Numbered from the whole stretch's first letter, positions 1-11,831 are shown. The stretch: 63,713 nt of DNA, filler included, from Circinaria calcarea (GCA_051942165.1; 24 parts of 24 records of this genome joined end to end with filler, not necessarily neighbours in it), one strand, 5' to 3'. Program-made: numbers and translations. Notes: a model not told the origin generated them from the sequence alone.

Positions 1-1945
1 CAACCACCACCCCCGACCTCCTTCCCGCTTCAACATCACCGGCACACTTCCGACCCCCTCCTTATTGTCCTCCAACCACTCCATCCTCACTCTCGTCTCC
101 GGCTCCACAGCACACAGTACCTTCTCCAAGCCATCCTTCCAAATCGGCACCTCCTTTCTTCTCGTCTCCACCGCCACGGCGACCAAAAGCACCAGACTCA
201 GCACGATACTTAAGATAGGTAATACCAGCCAGCGGAAATCGATACTAATGTAGATCTCGTTGTAATTGGCGGTGCCGGGAGCGGTGGTGTGGTTATTGGA
301 GGTGGTGCGCAGAACATTGGATATTGCTGTCTCGAGGTTTGTGAGGGGGCTCAAGGCGGTAATATGGTTAGAAGGAGGATTATTGTAGAAGATTTCTCCG
401 AAGGCGAGTGCGGTGTCGCTGCTTGCTTCGCTGGCTTGGTCGGGATGGTCAGGGTTTGGGGCGGTGTATGTGCCGTAGAAGATAGCGTCCGCGAGGTAGC
501 TTCTAAAAGCGGCGAGAGTGAGGGATTCCATGTAGAACTCCACACCACTGCGATCCGTGGTCGTTATCTTGTTTAAGGGTGTATAACCATAAATCTCTTT
601 TAAGAGTTGTACAGAGAAGGTAGGCAATTGGGTATCTACGACTCCGGTGATAGTACTGCCGTTGGCAACGGAGGTATTATAGGTTTTTAGGCAGAGGGAG
701 ATGGAACCTTTGAGTGCGACGATGGAGGCGGTGACGTTGGCATCAGAGTCGCGAGAGAAAACGCTTAGATCCGGGAAGAACAGTATGTAGAAGTCGGTTA
801 TTTTTTCCAGGTGTGAGTCGTCATTATGGCTAGCGCCAATCCAGAGGGTAGGGCCGCCTTGATCATTGGTGGTAAAGTTGTCATAGCGGGCGGTAGGGAG
901 TTGTTGTAGAGGGGGAACAGTATAAGAGCATCCGCCGTCGGTTTTGTGCTGACCTTTAGGGCAGTGTACTAGTATTGTTGGGGTAACATCCTCGACTGAC
1001 GAGCACACGGCGAGAGAAGTGTAAACGGGGAATATGCAGTTGCCGGTCTCACAGTCGGCTATTACCGCTGATGGCTCAATAGTGGTCTTGAGCAGTAAGC
1101 CATTAGTGATAGCTAAATTCACTAGAGTCGGAAGGGCAGCGGTGGAAAAAGGCTCGCTATTATTTGCTGTGAAACCATGGAAAATAAGTATATATTCGAC
1201 CTACTTGCTTATCGCAAGAAAGAAGCAGGTTTTATTAGAGACTTACCTATCGACTGTGTGCTAACATCAACCTGGTACTGCCTGGCAATAGGAACCGATC
1301 CGGAGTTGTGAGTCGAATTGACTGGCCTAAGCGGCAACGAAATAGACTGCTGGGCGAAAGGTCCCAATAATAGAATCAGACTGGTATTGAGCGCACCTAG
1401 ATATACTAATATCCTTAAAATAGTTAATACCATGCATTCCAGTGCGTAATGGCTGTGCCTTACCACTTGGGATGCTTCGTAATCAACCATAAACTGTTTA
1501 TATACCCACGACTCGCCTTATCGAAGTCTTCCATTTCCCCCACAGGCCTGATTTTGCTATACCAGATCCATTTCATCTGCGAAATAGACGCTGCTGTAGG
1601 TACAAAAACAGCAGCCTGGGCAATCTGCGAGACGATATGGATTAGTGTGTTGAGCCTGAGGCTAAAATGCCAACTCTGTAGAGGTTGACCATTAAAGCTT
1701 TTAAGGACTTTCACGATAACAACGATGCAAAGCAATGCTAGGAACCAACAGATAATATCCAACGTCCAAGTATCTGAGAAGATTCTGGTAAAGAATGACT
1801 GCTTTTTGGTTAACTTGGCAGTCTCTCGGGCTTTTCCAGTCAAGCCAACGGTATCCGGAGTATGGTGGATTTCATGCTCGGCCTCCTCAATTTCCTGACT
1901 ACCAGACGATCGTCGCGACGAGAGATCTCGCATTGGAAAAGACAT
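1..1945 (-). CDS. DUF3176-family fungal membrane protein, multi-exon, 3' end runs off the window
   Basis: Exon 1 reads WTLDIICWFLALLCIVVI...W...LNTLI...ASISQMKWIWY...FDKASRG. My minus-strand translation of 1-1180 (absent from the ORF track) is open and gives CETGNCIFPVYTSLAVCS and C-terminal FRWLVLP...VPIWK, typical of the family. Introns lie near 1463 and 1243. Confidence 0.8.
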
Positions 1946-2568
1946 CACAAAGAGCACTTAAATCACAGATAGAGGAGAACGCCAGGATACCGGAAATTCT
2001 TGAGATCTTATCCCTTAACCTATTGCTCAGGCACGCCGAACCGTGCACGGTATAGGGGTTTCAGGCACTGATAAAATTCTTAATCCTGGCCAATCACAAA
2101 TCTCATTTTCAGCCCAACTGCAGCCCTATCGTATCTCCCGAGGCGGAGCTGCTGTAAATAGTAATCATCGCCGCCTAAATGATTCGATTATGCAGTACTA
2201 GTGTTCACGCTGCTTAGCATATTAAGGCGGCTTTTTGCAAGAGCTGCGGACCTGCGCGAGCCCCAGACGGGCGTCTGGGTGATCCAATGGGACAAGCCTC
2301 GTCACCCTGGGTCATCGAGTGGACCGGATCTTCCGGAATCGTGTTCCTAGGCAAGCGACAGCCGAACCCTGACGCGAAAGATTGTTAAACGATTCGGCTT
2401 ATGACGAGATATTGTAGCGTGGGAAAAGCTGGCGGGAGGCCCGCCCCTCGGGCTACGAAACCCGGTTTTCAGCATGGAGGGGAGATTTGGAGAGAGCGAT
2501 GGAGTGGCTGCTGAGTGATGAGGAGGGGGACGGGGGTGTGCCGGCCAAGGCGGCGAGGGGTCCGGGAG

Positions 2569-2668
2569 NNNNNNNNNNNNNNNNNNNNNNNNNNNNNNNN
2601 NNNNNNNNNNNNTTAATTAATTAANNNNNNNNNNNNNNNNNNNNNNNNNNNNNNNNNNNNNNNNNNNN
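2569..2668. other. Artificial contig linker (first of 23)
   Basis: N44-TTAATTAATTAA-N44. Identical linkers start at 5236, 7903, 10570, 13235, 15899, 18563, 21227, 23890, 26552, 29213, 31871, 34528, 37185, 39841, 42496, 45150, 47804, 50457, 53110, 55762, 58413 and 61064. Confidence 0.99.
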
Positions 2669-3289
2669 CTTATATTTTTTTTTGTCTTACTAGCGATAAT
2701 ATGAAAATCTAATTTAACGTCACAAAATCCAGCTAATCATCAATTCCTTAACTCATTATCTGAATTTAATTTGTAATTAGATGTTTCTATTAAATCATTA
2801 TAATTATTAATTATTTCACTATATTTAAGTTTAGTTCTTAATTTTCCATTTATTAATTTAATTATTTTTTCTAGACCTTTAGAGTTATCTATCACTAAAT
2901 TTACCTTATTGTTATTACTTTTTTTTACACTACCATAACCTATTTTTTTTTTCAAATAATAAGCCAAAGATATCTCTAAAGAATTAAACTCAATAAATAA
3001 CAATTTGTCATAAAATAAACCAGTCCCATCTATAATGCCTGCCAGATAATGGCCAAATTGAGTATCATTAACTGGTCTAGAATGTATATGGTTATGTTCA
3101 GAAACATATTTTATATTTTCTTTATTTCTAGTTCTGTTGCGTAAAGTCTCTGAGGTTCCAATATTTATATTGTTACCTGCTGATTGACTTCTCTGGTTTA
3201 AATTTTTTACTTTTTGATCGAGGGAGTATTTAAATCATATTAACGAAGTTGTTCCAGCATATAGCAACATTAAGAAGCCTCTCTTTTTA
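2669..3289 (-). mobile_element. Group I (IB-type) intron at the cox1-731-equivalent site, with an in-frame double-motif LAGLIDADG ORF whose motifs are degenerate; truncated by the contig end
   Basis: Follows the exon ...CCAGAAGT. Core elements P (ATATGCTGGAAC), Q (AATCAGCAGG) and R (TCAGAGACT) are present. The ORF is open under genetic code 4, with HYLAGIIDGTG and WWLAGFCDVKL. Confidence 0.85.
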
Positions 3290-3300
3290 ACTTCTGGGTG
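3290..3300 (-). CDS. cox1: cox1 11-nt micro-exon (H-P-E-V)
   Basis: CACCCAGAAGT directly follows the terminal G of the preceding intron and continues WFFG into HPEV. Confidence 0.9.
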
Positions 3301-4275
3301 CTTTCAATATATAAAAGGACTATATCATCATCACTTTGGTTTTAATTATTTTCATTTGCGATTAAAATTAATTCAAGCTTTTTCTAGTGCTGTACCCTCT
3401 GAAGCTTTGTGAGCTTTTAGTTCTATAAGACGGTAATACTCTTTAATCAAAAAGAAACGATTTCGTTTAATAGATTGGAGGGAACATACCTTAGTATACT
3501 CAAGAAAAAAATAAAGGTTTTCTTTTGATTCTAGACTTCATTTATAGTAACCATTTTTTGCTTTATCAAAGTATAAAACACCACCAAAACAAGGCATAAA
3601 ATGCACTAGATCAACATATAGTTTGTTAGTTACTGATAGAGTTAACTGAGGTTGATGATTATTACCTTTAAAATAATAACCTATAATACCATCAGCATCG
3701 AAAAAACCAGCAAATCAACCATGTTTGTTATGTAAACTATCAGGGCTTAAAAGTTGCATATTTAGTACAGCACATACATGATTAAATTGAATTAGTCGAC
3801 TACTGTGTCTAATGTACCCATTTACACGATTTACCAAATCTATCATCGCTTTTCGATTGTGTAAACGTCAACGAATAGCTTTAACACCAGAACGAGGTTT
3901 AATAGAACCTCCTAGTTTGTTCTGGATAATACGTAGCATACGTTCATCAGCAATACCTACAGTAATTTCACAACTAGAATATCCTGCTTTGCTAACTTGA
4001 AAACTGCCGTCGCCATCTATAAGACCAGCTAATCATTGATTGAAATAGGTTTCTTTTGAACCAAAGGATGTTGCGCGTGTAGTCTCTGAGGTTCCTACTA
4101 GATGAGAAGAATAACTTCTATCTTTGGTTACCGGCTGATTCCACGTCACTGGGATTTTTACTAATACGGCTAATATTAAAACTAGACTTATATTATTAGT
4201 ACCTATAGACTTTAAATGGTTCCAGCATATAGCGCAATTCGAATTTAGGTTTTCACCTAAAAAGGGCCAGATTTG
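3301..4275 (-). mobile_element. Complete group I intron (975 nt) at the cox1-720-equivalent site (yeast aI4alpha/I-SceII position)
   Basis: Inserted after TTTGGT and ends in G. P ATATGCTGGAAC, Q AATCAGCCGG, R TCAGAGACTACA, S GATATAGTCC. Confidence 0.92.
3346..4275 (-). CDS. Intact double-motif LAGLIDADG homing endonuclease/maturase, in frame with the upstream cox1 exon (309 aa, code 4)
   Basis: 930-nt frame open when TGA=Trp; WLAGLIDGDG and WFAGFFDADG; TAA at 3346-3348. Confidence 0.92.
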
Positions 4276-4380
4276 ACCAAAAAATCAAAAAAGATGTTGG
4301 TATAGTATAGGATCCCCACCTCCTGCTACTTCGAAAAAGGATGTATTGAAATTTCTATCTGTTAATATCATTGTTATTGC
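4276..4380 (-). CDS. cox1: cox1 exon (105 nt), cytochrome c oxidase subunit I
   Basis: [32 protein letters not shown](TGA)FFG; 105 nt matches the spacing between the common fungal intron sites 615 and 720. Confidence 0.97.
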
Positions 4381-5235
4381 CTATTTATCGATCTACTGGA
4401 ATATGTCCCATAACACAAGTTAACATACTTGGCTTTAAATATATTTAAATTATTTAGAGTAGATGCTCTTGTATTCACATACAAGCTTGGACTATATATT
4501 ACTTATCTAAGCTATAAAACTTGTTTAAATGATCCCATTTATATATTGTTCTCTTATCATTCATACCTAATTTTATCTTTAAAACATTTTCCAGATTTGA
4601 TTTAATATTGAATTTACCTGATTTAAATAAATTTAGAACCTTTAATCAATCTAAATAATTTAAATATTTACTACCATATAAAGGAAAACGAGTTAAATAA
4701 TTATCTAAATTAATATTACCTTTCAAATTAACAGTTCTAACTCTATATTCCGGGTTTGATCTATCCATTCTAATTTTTTTAACACTTGTATGTAAATACA
4801 TAGCAATTACCTATAAAATTTTAATATTATCGTATCCTTTATGATCAATTTGCCGTTGACATAATTCAAACTTACACTCTGCTTTTGCTGAATTATTTCC
4901 AGAAGCCAAGCTAGCTCTTACAGAAAAATGAGCATCTGCTTCTATAAATCCTGATAATCAAGGAGTTGTAACTAAAGATAATTTATTTAAATCTTTCTTT
5001 TCAAAATTAAGGCTTGGATCCTTTATATTATATCAATCTATTAAATTATACAAAGAATGTATTTTGGCTGTTTTCATTTTCCCATTTATCAGAGAAATTA
5101 GTAACAAAACACCTTTATAATTGTTTATTGTTAAAATATAGGCATTAACTCCTTTTTTTCTAACTAATGATCCATGCCCTAATTCTTTTTGTATCTATAA
5201 AGCTAAAGCTAAATCTTTTAAATGAAAAACTATTT
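4381..5235 (-). pseudogene. 3' part of the cox1-615-site group I intron carrying a degenerate LAGLIDADG ORF (about 4499-5235)
   Basis: WLSGFIEADAHF motif; in-frame TAG at 5195-5197 and 4811-4813; frameshift before the terminal WDHL segment; S element ATATAGTCC near 4490; terminal G at 4381. Confidence 0.85.
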
Positions 5236-5468
5236 NNNNNNNNNNNNNNNNNNNNNNNNNNNNNNNNNNNNNNNNNNNNTTAATTAATTAANNNNNNNNN
5301 NNNNNNNNNNNNNNNNNNNNNNNNNNNNNNNNNNNATTTCTGTAATGATTGCGCATATACCTCCGCCAAGCTAACTTGCATTCTTTCTTCCAGTCCCTCC
5401 ACAAGGACGGTCTAAACGTCAACGGTCGCCTCCCAATAGAAGATAATCGCTTAACCTATACCGAAAAC

Positions 5469-7902
5469 ATGGACGAAGGGGCTACCCAACCGTTGACGCA
5501 GCCACATTTTGATCGTGGCCGGAATGGTTCCATTAGTGTCAAGGACGAGTCTGATGTCATTTGTATACTTCATCCCACTACACGCACTGCATGCCAAGCC
5601 GTGGACAGAGTTGCATTGACTGCACCACAGCATATCCTTCAGAATGCGGATCTTTTAAGGTACCTCGAGGAGGATACAATTCATAACACCAGGCCTAGTT
5701 CAATAAACGCCGATGATGCTGAGAAGGACGTTAAAAGACAGCAACATTTATCACAAAGCGAAGACGAGTTAAGCGATGATGGTACCCATGTGAAACCTCC
5801 GCGGGGGAGGGAAATAGCTCTCCGGTTGTCCTCCAAAGTGACTGATCCCATCCATGGCTTTGTTTTTGGCAAAGATAATCGAAAATGCGACATTGTTATA
5901 GCCGAACCGTCAAGTATAAGCTCAAGGCACTTTCGCATCTATCTAACCCAAGGCGGTATACTAATGTTAGAAGACTCCTCTACCAACGGAACCATTGTCG
6001 ATGATGTTTTGTTGAGATACAAAACTTGCCCACCGGGTGAATCCTGTTCTCACATACTCGGGCAAGGGACAGTGATTGTGATTCTCTCACAAACTGGTGA
6101 GGATGATCTCAAGTTCGTTGTAAGCATTCCCAACCGAGAGCGTGGTGGTCTCAAATACGAAGAGAATCTACGTGATTACTTGGGATTTGTTGCACAAGCA
6201 GAACGCCGAGCAGCAGAGGTCAGGAAAGCCAAAGAGAACGGCAAAGATTTGACTCTACCTCCTGTAGAGCACCCTTAGCCATGCACCGATCACCCGCTGA
6301 CATGATCTAGGTCGCAACCAATCCGATATGTAACGATCTTTTACCTCGCAATCTTCAACCAAGAGGAAATATGTTTACAGCTAGTCTTGCTGCTGGCACG
6401 GCTAGATTTCACCATGGGATGCACTGGGGTGGTGGGGATATCTATAGCGTTATCGGATTCGCCGGCAAAGGAGCTTTTGCTACCGTATACAAGGTTGCAA
6501 CGAATAAGGAAGGTATCGTGTACGCTGCTAAAGAGTTGGAAAAGCGCAAGTATCTAAAGGATGGAAGCCTGAAGCTGAAGTTCAACAACGAGCTGAAGAT
6601 AATGAAGCTCATACACCATGTAAGGTTATACATCCCATTAGACACACTAACCCTCACTAATATCCGCCCTTGTAGCCACACATTGTCGAGTATGTTGACC
6701 ATCATGACACGCAAGATTACCTCTATATTATCATGGACTATGTTCCAGGGGGAGATCTCTCGAGTTACATCAGTAGCTCCGGGTATGTCACTGAAGGCCT
6801 AGGTCAATCACTCGCACGTCAAATGTGTCATGCCATCGGTTACCTCCACAAATGTGGGATTACCCATCGAGATATCAAGCCTGAAAACATTCTGATTGCC
6901 AACGTGGATCCTTATACCTTTAAGCTGTCCGACTTCGGTCTGTCCAAGGAGGTCCTGGAAGGGCAGACTTTGATGAAGACATTTTGTGGTACTCTCTTGT
7001 ACTGCGCACCCGAGATTCATCCTGGCTATATACGCTTTGTGAGAGGGCAGCATCATCATCATCATCGCCGCCGCACGGCGGATCCGTACGTACAATTATG
7101 TGACTCTCATTATGACCATGGCTTACAAGACATTTAGGCCTCCAGTAACAAATCCATATAGCTGCGCTGTGGATGTCTGGTCTTTGGGAGCAGTATTGTA
7201 TCATGTTCTAACCACCAAAGCTCCGTACAATGGTTACAACGACTCTACAGGTCAGAGGATGCTAGAGTCCATAATGACCACCAAACTACCGTTAGAGCCA
7301 CTGAAGCTATCTAGGGTCTCTGGTAACGGGGTACATTTCCTTCAACAGATGCTTCAGAACGATCCTCAAAAACGAACGACGATAGCAGAGTGTCTGGATC
7401 ATGCATGGATCAAAGACACAAAAGATGTGTTTGATATGAGTTCTTTAGAAAAGGCGATGACTCAGAACCTCGAGGACATTCAGGAAGAGACGGCGTCTCA
7501 ACTGTCCCAGCAGTTGAACCTGCAAGGGAACCTCTATGAGGGAAGCATTGACGAAGAGTACGAGGATGAGGACAAACTTGAGGTTGAAGAACTGATTCAA
7601 CGTCGTCAATTCCAGCCTTTCGATTCTGGTGTAGGGCAATATGGTCCCGAGCAGCAATTGATTCCTTCCAGTGATGGTATTGCTTACCCCGCGCTTCCCA
7701 CAGTGGATCGGGATGGTAATGCTCCGCCACATCACCCGGCACCGAACCGATTGTATGGTGAAATTGCGCCGTCAGCCTTACAGAGCTCGGGTATTTTAGG
7801 TTATGACACTCGTGTTGCCCTAGAGATGCCGCTGGAAGTCAGTGGAAGTCGCGGCCCTGAGGCCGAGGGAAGCGACGACCAATCGGATGAATTCACAGAT
7901 GA
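5469..7902 (+). CDS. Rad53/Chk2(Cds1)-like FHA-domain Ser/Thr kinase, 3' truncated
   Basis: N-terminal TQ motifs (ATQPLTQP); FHA FVFGK...SSRH...STNGT; GKGAFATV, AAKE, HRDIKPEN, DFG, CGTLLYCAPE. Introns 6264-6310, 6620-6675 and 7086-7137. Confidence 0.88.
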
Positions 7903-8398
7903 NNNNNNNNNNNNNNNNNNNNNNNNNNNNNNNNNNNNNNNNNNNNTTAATTAATTAANNNNNNNNNNNNNNNNNNNNNNNNNNNNNNNNNNNNNNNNNN
8001 NNGGGGAACGCCATCCCCGGGGCGGAAACATGGGGGGTTTTGAATTGTTTGGAAATGATGGGAAGTTTAGATATATCCATGGGAATTACTTTTGTTCTCC
8101 CTGCGTGACTGATAGAAAATGGCTCCCCCGGGGGAAACTTGAAAATGGTTCCCGGTATAAGTAAAGACGTTTTGATGCACAAGTTGTGAATGCCGGCAGT
8201 TATTATGTTATGGCTAAGGAAGTAATCTCATGTTTGAGGTTTTTTGCTGCTGTTATCCTTTCAAGTCTACCTAAAGTAAAACTCTTGGCAACCAAGTGGA
8301 TAGATGGTTTTTGGGAATTAATAAGACTTCAAGTGTATGTTTCAACCACCTCCAGCAACAGCAGGAGCCACTAGATCTGATCTGCTTGACCCGAGGTT

Positions 8399-9316
8399 CT
8401 AAGCCCCTCCATCAAGTTTCTCGGCCGAATCAGCGACATCCGCGGCGACGTCTGCCGTAGCGGCATCTTCTTTCATTTCTGCGTCGCCGTTTGCAGCAGT
8501 AGAAGATTCAACTTCTTCGGCGTGTACCTTGCCTGATTCAACCTCGTCCTCTACCTTCGAGCCATCAGCCATAGCCCCGACATCCTCACTCGCCGTTGCC
8601 TCTACTGGGCCACCTTCCCCTACGAGCTTTCGAACTACCTCCACAGTAGCAGCCGGTCCGCCGGGTTCGGCAGCCAAAACCTTGCCTTCTTTATCGATAA
8701 CGAAGACACCACGAGTGGTTCCTTTGGGAGCTTTTTTCATGCCAATAGCAGCGATAAGGGTTGCCGAGGGATCACAGAGTAACGTATATGGCAATTTTTG
8801 TTTGGTTTTGAACGTGGTGTTGGATTTTGGCGAGTCCGTCGAGAGGCCATAGATGGAAAATCCCGTGGCAGTCAAAGGGGTAAACTCATCACGGAACAAG
8901 CACGCTTGGGTAGTACCTGGCTCAAGTCAGCACGCGCCGGTAGATTCGGTCTTCATTGGCATTTCGACAGTAGGAAATCGGTTTGACGACAATAATGTTA
9001 TGATGGGCAACTTACATCCTGGAGTGGAAGCTTTTGGGTAGGTGAAGAGCACCACTCCACCTTTGCTTTCTTCCACCAGCTTCTTCAAAGTGGTCTTTTC
9101 ACCATCGTTCGTCTCAATTTCACCGCCGAAGCCTTCGAGAGTAATTTTATCGCCAACGGAGACCTTGTTCTTTGATGAGTTTCCATTGGACGGGGCAGGT
9201 TCTGTGTCCGCAGGCGCATCTTTTGATTTCGCAGTGGATTTCACCGAATTGGCCCTTTTAGTCGGTGGAGGCGCGACCGGCTCAACAGGTGTCTTGCGCT
9301 TGCGCAATTCGACCAT
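8399..9316 (-). CDS. DOT5: BCP/PrxQ-type nuclear peroxiredoxin
   Basis: FTYPKASTPGC|TTQAC across intron 8917-9015, which splits the peroxidatic Cys codon; basic N-terminus LRKRK; acidic tail. Confidence 0.92.
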
Positions 9317-9566
9317 CTTGCACTGTAATATAATATGATGGAGTTTTCGTGGAGAGATGCCGGCGCAACTTTGAGTTAGAGGGAAAATTGATTAGGTTCA
9401 ACTCCAAAAGATGGCAATTGCGCAAGTAGATGCGGCTCTGTCTTTCCGAGGGAGAAGAGGGAACTTACCGCAATGCTTACAGGTTTTGCAAGCGGAAATG
9501 CGACAAAGAAATGAGAGCCATCAGTGGGGGGTGGGCAGAAAGCAAAGGATAAAGCGATGATAGGGA

Positions 9567-9727
9567 GGTTGTAACGGTTCGGGGGAGGCCCAAGGGATCC
9601 GGAGTCCAGCGTGGAGTGCGAGCCGCATGCTTTGCGATCTGACCGTGGCCTACCCATCCAGCATATGGGGGCTTGCAGGAACCTGGTGCAACCGAAAGCG
9701 AGGAATGGGCAGAACCATGGGGATGCC
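9567..9727 (-). ncRNA. Candidate box H/ACA snoRNA
   Basis: Long hairpin (CCATGGTTCTGCCCATTC...GGATGGGTAGGCCACGG), H box AAAGCA at 9628-9633, second hairpin (GCGGCTCG...CGAACCGT), ACA at 9570-9572 three nt from the inferred end. Folded by eye. Confidence 0.4.
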
Positions 9728-10378
9728 GGGAAGAGACTCGGGGGGAAAATGAGGAGAAATGATCGCGCAGTAATGATTGGGCGCATTCCACACTTCTCAG
9801 CTTCGCTCTCGAATGGCAAAGAGAGTCCCGTCGCCGAACCATCTTTAAACGGAATTACTCCGTAAAGATATGGCACTTTCCTTTCATGGCAATGAGTGAA
9901 TAATAAGTGATTTTTACGATGAACATTGGCACTGCAACACACCCATTGCTTCAAATTCGATCGATGCTCGAGGATCAGCATATCGATGCGATTGCATCAT
10001 GTGGCTGAAAGCTTTCAGGTGGCTTCCCCCTCTTTAAGTAAAATTCCTTTGGCCAGCCCGACATCTCCCTCGGACCCTTTTGACCGCTCGGGATTTTCCG
10101 CGGCGATCTCGGCCAAGTAATGGTCGACTGGAGCGGAAAAATAATAAAAGGTATTCTCACCTCCGGAAGTGGTCATGATACATGGACGGTAACACATCTC
10201 TCTACAACCTGATAGTACCCATCCTTTCTCACCTAACACGCTCTGGTACTTGGGCCTATCCTATCTTTACGTCATAGCATTGGAAGAACAAAGTCAGGAG
10301 ATATAGACGACACTCAGGATCTCATCCGCGCTCCCTTTTTAGCGTCCATTCACAAAAAAAGTACACACGACCACAACC

Positions 10379-10531
10379 ATGAAAGTTTTCTCCTCAGACT
10401 GCACCTTTGACTACTCGTGGGAAGAAGTCTCCACGGCCAACTGGCGCAAATACTGTCCCTGGAACGACAAGTCCACGCACGTAATCGCAGTCGACACGCT
10501 CTCGCGCTCAGTAGATCCCTCCACCGGCATA
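10379..10531 (+). CDS. UPS2: PRELI/MSF1-domain mitochondrial lipid-transfer protein, exon 1
   Basis: [43 protein letters not shown]; donor GTATGC at 10532. Confidence 0.85.
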
Positions 10532-10982
10532 GTATGCTTCCCTCCCCCCTTTTGCTCCTTCCATTCCCCNNNNNNNNNNNNNNNNNNNNNNNNNNNNNNN
10601 NNNNNNNNNNNNNTTAATTAATTAANNNNNNNNNNNNNNNNNNNNNNNNNNNNNNNNNNNNNNNNNNNNGGTAGGAGGGAGGTGGAGGGGAAGGACAGGG
10701 ATAGGGATAGGGATAGTATTGGTAGGGGAGTATGAAGTTGGGGACATTTGATTCTTCTTTTTCTTTTCTCTCGCTCGGTGGGGTTTGTACTGATGTTTTA
10801 CATTTAAAAAAGTAATAGGCAAAGTAAAAAAAAAAAAGCTCCGAGCTCTCCGATCCTCGGAATAATTTGTTGCCTTGTTGAAAGCGCCCTGGACTCGGAC
10901 GGGGACGACGCGTTTAGGTATTTGCAACCCCCCACTTCCCCATTTTCTCTCCTTACTAACCCCCCCTCCAAAACACTACCAC

Positions 10983-11831
10983 CTATGTCTTCTTCCCCAA
11001 CCCCATCTTATGCTTCAGCTTGTCCGCCCACCCCTCATGCTGCTTCTCCTGCGTCTCCTTGTGGACATTGCCTTCGCCGCCGCGCTATTAATCGCATTAA
11101 CCTCTACAATGACTTCCCGTCCCCCCCTCTCTCCTTTCCTCTTCACTCTCCCTGACACATTCTCTCTCCCACAAGAACCGGGAAAAAGAAAATCAATTGG
11201 GGGGGGGAGGGAAAAAGGCAACTCACGCCAACATGAAAGTTTTCATGCCCAGGCAGGGCCTCGTGGATCGCTGTCTCGGGGATCACATCTTCGTCGTGGG
11301 GGTGGCCTTCGCGCGTGGGTTTCATGCGCGGGGAGCCAATGTTGGCAGCGCCACCGCGCTGTGGGTTCGGAAGAGGACATGTTAGTAGGGTGTGGTGGGG
11401 TGGGAAATTGTGGGGACAGGTGAAAGGAACATACGCCAGATGAATATGCGCCATCGCCTTGATCGCCTATAGGTCCTTCACGAACGATTTCACCGTCGAC
11501 GTAGCTGTGTGGCGGAGAGTACTTGTTAGCTAGATGGTGTGGCAATTGTTCGGTAGGAAGAAAAGGTATTGGTGGGGTTTGGCGCGAAAGGTAAGATGGG
11601 ACTCGAGAGTGAGCACAAGGTTGGAAATAGAGTGGACGAGGGCGTCCTTACGGAGTATCATCTGGAGCAATATTCGCTGCACCTGTTGCGGTTGTTAGTA
11701 GATCAGTGCTTACATGGCGCGATGAGTGTAATGGTGGGTTTTGTTTGGGGGTTGAGCCGGGGGGTTTCTATCGTACCTCCGCGGCCGTGCGATACAATAG
11801 GTTCATGGGAACTGCTGCGTCTTTCGGCCAT
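10983..11831 (-). CDS. DUF3602/Par32-like small protein with three GRGGxxN motifs; 5 exons, missed by the ORF track
   Basis: Exons 11777-11831, 11652-11682, 11435-11504, 11227-11358 and 10983-11084 splice in frame through GT-AG introns to MAERRSSSHEPIVSHGRGGAANI...YSSGRGGAANIGSP...FHVGRGGEGNVHK...DKLKHKMGLGKKT*. Confidence 0.88.

Noticed and set aside
2613..2624. Regularly spaced TTAATTAATTAA as a biological repeat or array
   Set aside because: Always centred in N44 flanks; it is a six-frame-stop assembly linker.
4811..5197. Two in-frame TAG codons as evidence of TAG reassignment
   Set aside because: The same ORF also has a frameshift, and the other two intron ORFs and the exons contain no in-frame TAG; decay is the simpler explanation.
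9376..9981. 201-aa ORF, and an RNase P/MRP/SRP or TPP-riboswitch reading of this region
   Set aside because: The ORF has no recognisable features, and the diagnostic motifs of those RNAs were not found.
10875..11545. Several overlapping ORFs in the track
   Set aside because: They are shadows or unspliced pieces of the five-exon DUF3602 gene.
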